From NCBI GenBank assembly GCA_944360115.1, contig CALVTH010000002.1, forward strand, positions 6,853 through 70,852: a stretch of DNA of 64,000 bases, in the 5' to 3' direction. Within the stretch, counting starts at the first letter, position 1; the number at the start of each line of letters is the position of its first letter. This stretch comes from an uncultured Clostridia bacterium (lineage in GTDB: Bacteria > Bacillota > Clostridia > Christensenellales > CAG-917). Below are positions 34,884 to 42,373 of the stretch, in pieces. The notes under the pieces are model-generated. The model saw only the letters and a program-made list of their open reading frames with translations. It ran no database searches and was not told the DNA's origin. A program made the translations under genes and the position numbers.

Positions 34884-36464
34884 ATGGAAAATTCCGCCGT
34901 TTCCGCCGCTGCAAAGACAAAGTCCACTCCCCTCGGGAAAAAAGTCTGGTTCTGCGCCGTGTTCTTCGGGCTCATCGGACAGATAGCGTGGGTGGTCGAA
35001 AATATGTTCTTCGCCAAATTCGGGCAGGACCTTTTCGACACGCAAGGGGAACTTTATTACACCGTCACCACCCTGATGGTCATACTGTCGGCGCTGACCG
35101 CAACCGTAACGACGATTTTTGCGGGCGGCCTGGTCGACAAGACGGGTAAGCGCAAACCTTTCATAACATTCGGCTACATAATCTGGGGCGTGACCATAAT
35201 GCTTTTCGCCGCAGTACCCATAAACTTTTCGGCAAGCGAAAACTGGGGAATCATCGCCGTGCTCGTAATACTCGACTGCGTGATGACTTTCTTCGGCTCC
35301 ACCTCAAACGACGCGGCATTCAACGCCTGGGTCGCCGATGTCACCGATTCCACCAACCGCGGCAAGGTCAACACAATACTTTCCGTTATGCCCGTCATCG
35401 CCACGGTGCTGGTGTTCGGAATCGGGATGTTTACCTACGACAACGGGGCAACCGTGACCAACGAAGCGGGCGAAATAGTCAAGGTGGCAATCGGCGAACG
35501 CAATCCGCTTTTCATAAAACTTTTCTTCATCATAATCGGCATATTCCCGATGATAGGCGGCGTGGTGAGCGCGTTCGCTATGAAAGACGCGCCGAACATC
35601 GTACGCAATTCAAATCCCGATTACCTGAAAGAGACTTTCTACGGCTTCCGTCCGTCGGTAATCAAAGCCAACAAGATGATGTATGTCACCCTCGCCGTGG
35701 TGTGCCTGCTCGGCATAGCGCAGCAGACATTTATGTCGTACCTCATCAACTTTATCGCAAACACTTTGGGCATAACCAATTACATTCTGCCTCTCGCTGC
35801 AATTATCGTGGTAGGCGCGGTGATAACGGGAGTGCTGGGCGTATTCTTCGACAAGGTGGGCAGAAAGAAATTCTACTTCCCTCTGCTCGCAATACTGATA
35901 GTCGGCGCAATAGTCGTGTACTGTATGAAATTTATGCCGCAGAGCGCATATCTGCCCATTCTCATAGTCGGAGGCATAATTCTTCTCGGGGCAATGCTTG
36001 CCCTCGGCGGAGCGCTGACTTCCACCTTCCAGGATTACATCCCCAAGGGTGCCGAAGGCAGATTCCAGGGCGTGCGAATGATTTTCACGGTGCTCATTCC
36101 CATGGTGCTGGGTATCGCCATAGCACAGATTGTGGGCATAAATTCCCTCGACGCGCACGACGCGGGACAGACCACGCCGCCCTTCGAACTCTTCCTCGCC
36201 GCCGCGGTAATCGTGGTGCTGGCGGCGATTCCCCTCTTCTTCGTGTTCCGCGACGCCGACAGACTGCGCGCCGCAAAAGCAGCCGCCGAAGCCGAGGAAG
36301 CGGCGGCAACGGAAACGCAATCCGAAACAGAATGCGCGACCGCGTGCGAAGAGACTTCCCTCCCCGATGTCGCGGACGACGGCGAAACTGCGGACGCGGA
36401 CTCCGCGGACGACGGCGAAACTGCGGACGCGGACTCCGCGGAAGATACGGAAGACACTCCCTGA
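34884..36464 (+). CDS. MFS-type transporter with an acidic repetitive C-terminal tail
   Basis: 526 aa with about 12 hydrophobic segments. SD AAGGAGG. The tail is ...ADDGETADADSADDGETADADSAEDTEDTP. Confidence 0.8.
   Translation: MENSAVSAAAKTKSTPLGKKVWFCAVFFGLIGQIAWVVENMFFAKFGQDLFDTQGELYYTVTTLMVILSALTATVTTIFAGGLVDKTGKRKPFITFGYIIWGVTIMLFAAVPINFSASENWGIIAVLVILDCVMTFFGSTSNDAAFNAWVADVTDSTNRGKVNTILSVMPVIATVLVFGIGMFTYDNGATVTNEAGEIVKVAIGERNPLFIKLFFIIIGIFPMIGGVVSAFAMKDAPNIVRNSNPDYLKETFYGFRPSVIKANKMMYVTLAVVCLLGIAQQTFMSYLINFIANTLGITNYILPLAAIIVVGAVITGVLGVFFDKVGRKKFYFPLLAILIVGAIVVYCMKFMPQSAYLPILIVGGIILLGAMLALGGALTSTFQDYIPKGAEGRFQGVRMIFTVLIPMVLGIAIAQIVGINSLDAHDAGQTTPPFELFLAAAVIVVLAAIPLFFVFRDADRLRAAKAAAEAEEAAATETQSETECATACEETSLPDVADDGETADADSADDGETADADSAEDTEDTP
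36372..36446 (+). repeat. 33-bp in-frame tandem duplication inside the MFS C-terminal tail
   Basis: GCGGACGACGGCGAAACTGCGGACGCGGACTCC occurs twice (36372-36404 and 36405-36437), followed by a partial third unit. It encodes ADDGETADADS x2. Confidence 0.85.
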
Positions 36465-36482
36465 CGGCAAAAGCAAATCCGC

Positions 36483-36512
36483 AAAAAAACTCCCCTCCAC
36501 GGGGAGTTTTTT
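36483..36512. terminator. bidirectional intrinsic terminator between the convergent MFS gene (+) and metA (-)
   Basis: AAAAAAACTCCCC-TCCAC-GGGGAGTTTTTT: a perfect stem with A- and T-tracts on both sides. Confidence 0.85.
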
Positions 36513-36553
36513 GTTTGCGTTGATGCACACGCTTTTTGCTTCGGCATATAGGC

Positions 36554-37477
36554 TCAAGCGCCCTTGCCGACTTCGCCTATCTCGTACGGGGTCACCTGAT
36601 AGACATAGTAGTTCAACCAGTTGTAGAAAAGCAGATTCGCCGTCGAACGCCATTTCATATCCACCACGCCGAGGTCGTCGTTGACAAAATAGTCCTTGGG
36701 CGGGTCGATTGCCAGCCCCTTTGCAAGGTCGCGCTCGTACTCGTTCTTGAGTGTGAAACGGTCGTACTCGGCGTGCCCCGTGAAGAAGAAGGAGCGGTTG
36801 TCGTGCGTCTTTGCGATTGCTATGCCCGCCTCGGGCGAGACCGCAAGCACCTTGATGTGCGGGCATTTGCGGACGGCGTCCTCGTCAATGCGGGTGTGGC
36901 GGGAATGGGGAATGTAGAAAGTGTCGTCCATGCCCTTGAGCAGCATATCGTTTTCCTGCGTGGCGTATGTGGGATATATGCCGAACAGTTTTTTGGGGAG
37001 CAGTTGCTTGCCTATGCCGTAGAAGTGGTAAAGCGCCGCCTGCGCACCCCAGCAGATGTATATCGTGCTCGTGACATTCTCGCGGGCGAAGTCCATTATG
37101 GACACCAGCTCGTCCCAGTATTTGACCTCCTCGAAAGGAATGGTCTCGACGGGCGCGCCCGTGACGATCATGCCGTCGAATTTCATACCGCGCACCTCGT
37201 CGATGGAACGGTAGAATTTGTGCATGTGCGCCTCGGACACATGGGTGCTCTTATAACTCGCCGTGCCGATAAGGTGTATGTTCACCTGCAGCGGCGTGTT
37301 GCCGAGCAGCCTCATAAGCTGCGTCTCGGTGACCTCTTTGGTGGGCATGAGGTTGACAATCGCCACTTCGAGGGGGCGTATGTCCTGCGTGACGGCACGG
37401 ACGGAGTCCATGACGAAAATCTTCTCCCCTCGGAGAACATCGTACGCGGGCAATTCCTTTGAAATGATGATCGGCAC
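36554..37477 (-). CDS. metA: homoserine O-acyltransferase (MetA family)
   Basis: 307 aa with MPIIISKELPAYDVL, IVNLMPTK, GAPVE, ICWGAQAAL and HSRH. Confidence 0.92.
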   Translation of the reverse strand: MPIIISKELPAYDVLRGEKIFVMDSVRAVTQDIRPLEVAIVNLMPTKEVTETQLMRLLGNTPLQVNIHLIGTASYKSTHVSEAHMHKFYRSIDEVRGMKFDGMIVTGAPVETIPFEEVKYWDELVSIMDFARENVTSTIYICWGAQAALYHFYGIGKQLLPKKLFGIYPTYATQENDMLLKGMDDTFYIPHSRHTRIDEDAVRKCPHIKVLAVSPEAGIAIAKTHDNRSFFFTGHAEYDRFTLKNEYERDLAKGLAIDPPKDYFVNDDLGVVDMKWRSTANLLFYNWLNYYVYQVTPYEIGEVGKGA

Positions 37478-37540
37478 CTGTGCCTCCTTTGCCGCACCGC
37501 ATTTTGCGGGAAACGGCTTTTATCCGTCGTTTTGTATTGT

Positions 37541-38824
37541 TTATCTGCTCACTGCGTCGAGAGCCTGCTTGATGTCGGCGATGAGGTCGTCGGCGTTCTC
37601 TATGCCGACGGACATCCTGACGAGGTCGGGAGACACGCCCGCGGCCTTCAGTTCGTCGTCGTTCATCTGCCTGTGCGTGGCGCTCGCGGGGTGCAGACAG
37701 CAGGAGCGCGCGTCGGCAACATGGGTCTCGATTGCGAAGACCTTGAGGTGCTTCATAAAGTTTTCCGCCGCCTTGCGACCGCCCTTGACGCCGAAGCTGA
37801 CGACGCCGCAGGACCCGTTGGGGAGATACTTCTTGGCAAGTTCGTGATACTTGTCGCCCTCGAGTCCGCAGTAGGTCACCCACGCCACTCTGTCGTCGCC
37901 TTTCAGGAACTCCGCCACCTTCTGCGCGTTCTCGCAGTGGCGTTTCATTCTGACATGCAGACTTTCCAGCCCGAGGTTGAGCAGGAAGGCGTTCTGCGGA
38001 GACTGTATGCTGCCGAAGTCGCGCATGAGCTGCGCCGTGGCTTTTGTGATGAACGCGCCCGCCAGACCGAAGCGTTCGGTGTAGGTCACGCCGTGATAAC
38101 TCTCGTCGGGAGTGCACAGCCCGGGGAACTTGTCGGGATATTTGGTCCAGTCGAACTTGCCGCTGTCCACTATGCAGCCGCCCACCGCCGCGCCGTGTCC
38201 GTCGAGGTATTTGGTGGTGGAGTGCGTGACGATGTCCGCGCCCCACTCAAAGGGACGGCAGTTGACGGGAGTGGCGAAAGTGTTGTCTATGATGAGTGGA
38301 ACGCCGTGCGCGTGCGCCCTTGCCGCAAAGCGTTCGATGTCGAGCACCGCGACGGAAGGATTGGACACCGTCTCGCCGAAGAGCGCTTTGGTGTTTGGAC
38401 GGAACGCCGCGTCGATTTCCTCGTCGGTGGCGTCGGGCGATATGAAAGTGAATTCTATGCCCATTCTCTTCATGGTGACGGCGAAGAGATTGTAGGTGCC
38501 GCCGTAAATGGCGCTCGATGAGACGATATGGTCGCCCTGCCCCGCGATGTTGAATATCGAGAAGAAGTTGGCGGCCTGTCCCGAAGAAGTGAGCATTGCC
38601 GCCGTGCCGCCCTCGAGCTGACATATCTTCGCCGCAACATAATCGTTGGTGGGGTTCTGCAGACGGGTGTAGAAATAGCCGCTCGCCTCGAGGTCGAACA
38701 GTTTGCCCATATCCTCGCTGGTATCGTACTTGAAAGTGGTGCTCTGAACGATGGGAACTTGTCTGGGTTCGCCGTTCTTGGGGGTGTAGCCGCCTTGCAC
38801 GCAAATGGTCTCGATTTTGCTCAT
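37541..38824 (-). CDS. metY: O-acetylhomoserine aminocarboxypropyltransferase (sulfhydrylase)
   Basis: 427 aa with the PLP-lysine motif VTHSTTKYLDGHG and overall MetY/Cys-Met-metabolism family pattern. Confidence 0.92.
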   Translation of the reverse strand: MSKIETICVQGGYTPKNGEPRQVPIVQSTTFKYDTSEDMGKLFDLEASGYFYTRLQNPTNDYVAAKICQLEGGTAAMLTSSGQAANFFSIFNIAGQGDHIVSSSAIYGGTYNLFAVTMKRMGIEFTFISPDATDEEIDAAFRPNTKALFGETVSNPSVAVLDIERFAARAHAHGVPLIIDNTFATPVNCRPFEWGADIVTHSTTKYLDGHGAAVGGCIVDSGKFDWTKYPDKFPGLCTPDESYHGVTYTERFGLAGAFITKATAQLMRDFGSIQSPQNAFLLNLGLESLHVRMKRHCENAQKVAEFLKGDDRVAWVTYCGLEGDKYHELAKKYLPNGSCGVVSFGVKGGRKAAENFMKHLKVFAIETHVADARSCCLHPASATHRQMNDDELKAAGVSPDLVRMSVGIENADDLIADIKQALDAVSR

Positions 38825-38842
38825 GGTGTCTCCTTTACGCTG

Positions 38843-39298
38843 TTATCCGCGCGCGTTGAATTCCTTTTTTGCGCGTTCCATTTCCCGCTCGGCGTCCTTG
38901 CGTTTCACGGCTTCGCGCTTGTCGTGAGTCTCTTTGCCGCGGCAGAGCCCCAGCTCCACCTTGACGAGACTGTCCTTGAAATACACTTTCAGGGGCACGA
39001 GGGTGTAGCCCTTGCGCTCCGTCTTTGCCTGAAGTTTTCTTATTTCCGCCCGATTGAGCAGGAGTTTGCGCCTGCGGCGGGGGTCTTCGTTGAAATAACT
39101 GCCCTTTTCGTACGGCGCTATGTGCGTGCCCAGCAAAAAGACCTCGCCGCCCTTGATTATGGCGAAACTGTCGCGGAGATTGACGGCGCCGAGGCGCACG
39201 GACTTGACCTCGGAGCCGACGAGCACTATGCCCGCCTCCAGGGTGTCCTCCACGAAATAATCGTGATACGCCTTTTTGTTGGTCGCAACAATCTTCAT
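38843..39298 (-). CDS. smpB: SsrA-binding protein
   Basis: Track ORF trimmed to ATG 39296-39298 ([33 protein letters not shown]...). Confidence 0.95.
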   Translation of the reverse strand: MKIVATNKKAYHDYFVEDTLEAGIVLVGSEVKSVRLGAVNLRDSFAIIKGGEVFLLGTHIAPYEKGSYFNEDPRRRRKLLLNRAEIRKLQAKTERKGYTLVPLKVYFKDSLVKVELGLCRGKETHDKREAVKRKDAEREMERAKKEFNARG

Positions 39299-39311
39299 AC
39301 CGTCGTTCCGT

Positions 39312-39355
39312 GCCGCCCGTTCGCGCGGCAGTCCTTGCGCCGCCCGTTTGCGCGG
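39312..39355. repeat. 17-nt direct repeat pair in the smpB leader
   Basis: GCCGCCCGTTCGCGCGG (39312-39328) and GCCGCCCGTTTGCGCGG (39339-39355): one mismatch, 27-nt period. Confidence 0.7.
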
Positions 39356-39451
39356 TCTTTGCTTTTCGTCTGCGCGGCCGTCCGGCCTGGCATTCCCGCT
39401 CTGCGTTCCGCACCGCGCCCGTCGCGCGCTCCGCGCGACACCGTATCTAGT

Positions 39452-39480
39452 ATGATACAACTTCCCGCAATTCTTTTCAA
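39452..39480 (-). promoter_or_regulatory. promoter of smpB(-metY-metA): TTGAAA-17-TATCAT
   Basis: Minus strand: TTGAAA (39475-39480), a 17-nt spacer, TATCAT (39452-39457). This leaves a ~150-nt GC-rich leader before the smpB ATG. Confidence 0.65.
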
Positions 39481-39508
39481 GCGTTCGGACGCGTCAGCGC
39501 AAGGATAC

Positions 39509-39536
39509 AAAAAAAAGCGGCTCCGCAAGGAGCCGC
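39509..39536 (-). terminator. intrinsic terminator after secG
   Basis: Minus strand: GCGGCTCC-TTGC-GGAGCCGC followed by TTTTTTTTG. Confidence 0.8.
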
Positions 39537-39551
39537 CGCCGTAACTTTCCG

Positions 39552-39881
39552 TCAAATCCTGTCCACTATGAAGCAGATTATCGAACAGACGAGGATGAAC
39601 GCAAAGAGCGCGAGCGTGATTTTCTTCAGCATGCTTTCTTTGCCCTTCTCCTTGTTCCTGCCGTAGTAGGTGTCGGACGCGCCGGAGATGACTCCAACAT
39701 TGTCGTTCGTGCCTTTCTGCATCAACACGACGACGATCATGGCGATTGACGCCAGGACCATCAACACGATAAATGCCGTCACGACTGCTTCGCGCGTTGC
39801 TTGCGGAATCGCACCACCCGGCGTATCGCTCGCGGTGGCGGCAAGAAGTCCGTAAAAAGCGTTGTCGAGTCTTGTAAGCAT
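39552..39881 (-). CDS. secG: preprotein translocase subunit SecG (with a ~30-aa N-terminal extension if ATG 39881 is used)
   Basis: FIVLMVLASIAMIVVVLMQKG...YYGRNKEKGKESMLKKITLALFAFILV matches the SecG two-TM pattern. Confidence 0.75.
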   Translation of the reverse strand: MLTRLDNAFYGLLAATASDTPGGAIPQATREAVVTAFIVLMVLASIAMIVVVLMQKGTNDNVGVISGASDTYYGRNKEKGKESMLKKITLALFAFILVCSIICFIVDRI

Positions 39882-40045
39882 TTCTACCTCCGGACAAGTC
39901 TATGAAAGTCTAGCACATCGCCGAAATTTTGGCAAGCGAATTTTACAAAAACCGCTAATATACCGCGCCCGCGCCCGCCGCAATCCCTCGCCGTCCGCAC
40001 ACTCGCCGCCCGCACCGTCATATATTGTGAAAAAAGGAGGAGCGA

Positions 40046-40531
40046 ATGGACCATATTCTCTGTGCCTGCGAACTGCCCTATCCCGAAATCGATGTCGCCG
40101 AAAATCTCGCCGACAGCAAACTGCTTATGCCCAATTACGGCGGCCCCGCGGGAGAACTGACCGCCGTCACCACCTACTGCTTCCAGCACTACATAACGAT
40201 AAAGAGTCCCGAACTTTCCGAGATTATGATCGGTATAGCAAAGACGGAAATGCACCACCACGAACTGCTCGGCGAAGCCATTTTCAAACTCGGAGGCTAT
40301 CCCGTGATGGGCGGCAGGACATACTGGAGCGGCAGTTTTGTCAACTACACCCTCTCCCCCGAGAAATTCCTCGCGCAGAACATCCATGCCGAGGAAACCG
40401 CAATACTCAATTACGAGCGCACCATACTCAACCTGCACACCGAGAGCGTAAAGCAACTGCTCGAACGCATAATTCTCGACGAGGAAATGCACATCAAGAT
40501 TTTCCGCGACCTGCTCGCGGGTTACAGATAA
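40046..40531 (+). CDS. ferritin-like / manganese-catalase-family protein (CotJC-like)
   Basis: 161 aa. YGGPAGELTAVTTYCFQHY...TEMHHHELLGEAI...AEETAILNYE...DEEMHIKIF gives the paired ExxH di-metal motifs. SD AAGGAGGAG. Confidence 0.75.
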   Translation: MDHILCACELPYPEIDVAENLADSKLLMPNYGGPAGELTAVTTYCFQHYITIKSPELSEIMIGIAKTEMHHHELLGEAIFKLGGYPVMGGRTYWSGSFVNYTLSPEKFLAQNIHAEETAILNYERTILNLHTESVKQLLERIILDEEMHIKIFRDLLAGYR

Positions 40532-40668
40532 CGGACGGCGGCGCGCAAACCTTTGTGGCGCAACGGGCGGCGCGGACGGCAAATACCGACGCGACGCGAC
40601 GCGGACGACGGACGGAATTTGCCGCCCGCCGGGACAAGCAGACGGCGACATCGCCGCGGTACGGCGAC

Positions 40669-40887
40669 AGAATAGCCCGCGTGGACGCTTTCACCGAAAA
40701 GCGCGGCAACGCCAAAGGCAAGGCCGACCTCGGCAAAACCGCGCGACTGCTGTTGAAAGAGACCGCCCGCCGCAAGTTCCGCCCCACACGGATAATCGGC
40801 GCCAAATGGAAAGCGGTGTCGGTGATAGTGAAAATCCTGCCCGATTACGTTACGGACAGGATACTTGCAAAAGTGTTCTCGGCTTGA
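40669..40887 (+). pseudogene. possible C-terminal remnant of a short-chain dehydrogenase-like gene
   Basis: The frame reads ...RIARVDAFTEKRGNAKGKADLGKTARLLLKETARRKFRPTRIIGAKWKAVSVIVKILPDYVTDRILAKVFSA*, which resembles SDR C-termini as I recall them. It has no usable start or SD, but is followed 22 nt later by a plus-strand terminator hairpin. Confidence 0.3.
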
Positions 40888-40909
40888 TTGCCTTTCTCGG
40901 TTTCGGAGT

Positions 40910-40938
40910 CCGACGGCTTGCACGTCGGGCTTTATTTT
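40910..40938 (+). terminator. plus-strand intrinsic terminator ending the CotJC-like transcription unit
   Basis: CCGACG-GCTTGCA-CGTCGG followed by GCTTTATTTT. The T-tract overlaps the stop codon of the convergent phosphatase gene. Confidence 0.55.
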
Positions 40939-41390
40939 ACCGACGCGCCCGCGTGCGCGCAAACGCGCTCGGCGATTTTTTCCAACAAACCTTCGAACAA
41001 ATCCGCGACTTTGCGGTAGGCTTCCTCGCCCTTGCCGTAGGGGTCGTCTATCTCCTCTCCCGAGAGCAACGAGACGCACTCCGCGCGGACATCGGGAAAT
41101 TGCGCGTTCAGCAAATCTTTCTGTTCCTCGGTCATAGTGATTACGAGGTCGGATTTCGCGGCAAGCGCCGCGTCGAAAACCTTCGAGCGGAATCTCTCCG
41201 CTTCCTCGCCTTGTATACCCCGCTCCGCCAACGTTTCCGCCGCATACGGATTGAGGGGCGACCCGCCGCCTTTAACGCCCGCGCTGTCGACTTCGACGTC
41301 GATTGCTTTTTCCGCCGCATAACGCGAGAACATGAACATCAGCATGGGACTGCGGCAGGTATTGCCCGTGCAGACGAATGTCACTCTCAC
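40932..41390 (-). CDS. low-molecular-weight protein phosphatase (YwlE/arginine- or tyrosine-phosphatase type)
   Basis: GTG start 41388-41390 overlaps the sua5 stop (GTGA). MRVTFVCTGNTCRSPM carries the C-X5-R-S P-loop, and DPYG lies near the end. B. subtilis ywlC-ywlE synteny. Confidence 0.85.
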   Translation of the reverse strand: MRVTFVCTGNTCRSPMLMFMFSRYAAEKAIDVEVDSAGVKGGGSPLNPYAAETLAERGIQGEEAERFRSKVFDAALAAKSDLVITMTEEQKDLLNAQFPDVRAECVSLLSGEEIDDPYGKGEEAYRKVADLFEGLLEKIAERVCAHAGASVK

Positions 41391-42370
41391 AGCAACTTGC
41401 CTCCGACGGATTTCTCTATACGGTTCATGACGGAGCCTTCCGCGCCTTTGCCCGAAAGAGCTTCGACGATGACGAAGGTATATTCCCGCTCCGCCTTGCG
41501 AAGCGCGGCGTAAATTCGGCGCATACATTCCTCGGGGGTGTCGCCGAGAGAAATAAAGGCGCGTTCGCCCGCCGCCGCGCGGTGCCTTTCGCGCATAATG
41601 AGCACGGGACGACCGCCCGCGCGCACTTCCTCGTCGTAACGGGCAAACGCCTTGTCCTCGTCGTAAGCCGCCACCGCGGGCACCGTGGGCGCGTAATGTT
41701 CGTATTTCATCCCGGGAGATTTTGCGACGCCGATGATTTTGCCCGCCGACGACACGGCGCCGAGCACCTCGGCAATCATATCCGCCGTCACCGCGCCGGG
41801 ACGCAGAACGGTGGGGATGTCCGTCGTGAGGTCGAGCACGGTGGATTCTATTCCCACGGCGCACTCGCCGCCGTCGAGAATGAGCGGCACTCTGCCTTTC
41901 AGGTCGTCGTAGACATGCGCCGCCGTCGTAGGCGAAACATGTTTGCTTCTGTTTGCCGAGGGCGCCGCAATGGGCGACGAAGCGGCAATCAGCCGCCGCA
42001 CGATTGCGTTGTTCGGCATCCTTACGGCAACGGTATGTCCGCCCGCCGTTACTTCGTACGGCACCGCGTCGGATTTTTCCAGCACCACCGTGAGCGGTCC
42101 CGGCATGAATCTCTCCGCCAGCGCATAGAACTCATCGGGCACTTCCCTTGCGATTGTCTTCACCTGCTCCACTCGGGATATATGCACGATGAGCGGGTTG
42201 TCCTGAGGTCTGCCCTTTGCTTCGAATATCTTTTTCACGGCTTCGGGGTTCAAAGCGTCGGCGCCGAGGCCGTACACCGTTTCCGTGGGGATGACGACAA
42301 GTTCGCCGCTTTTAATCAACGAAACGGCTTCGTCAAGTCCTTCTTCTGCACCGACAATTCGCGTTTCCAT
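41387..42370 (-). CDS. tsaC: L-threonylcarbamoyladenylate synthase (Sua5/TsaC, long form)
   Basis: 327 aa with VVIPTETVYGLGADA, SANRS and a Sua5 C-terminal domain. Confidence 0.92.
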   Translation of the reverse strand: METRIVGAEEGLDEAVSLIKSGELVVIPTETVYGLGADALNPEAVKKIFEAKGRPQDNPLIVHISRVEQVKTIAREVPDEFYALAERFMPGPLTVVLEKSDAVPYEVTAGGHTVAVRMPNNAIVRRLIAASSPIAAPSANRSKHVSPTTAAHVYDDLKGRVPLILDGGECAVGIESTVLDLTTDIPTVLRPGAVTADMIAEVLGAVSSAGKIIGVAKSPGMKYEHYAPTVPAVAAYDEDKAFARYDEEVRAGGRPVLIMRERHRAAAGERAFISLGDTPEECMRRIYAALRKAEREYTFVIVEALSGKGAEGSVMNRIEKSVGGKLL

Positions 42371-42373
42371 TCC

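Noticed and set aside
38825-39551. tmRNA (ssrA) next to smpB.
   Set aside because: smpB is followed 18 nt later by metY. The upstream spacer shows no tRNA-like acceptor/T-arm or tag-peptide ORF that I can recognise.
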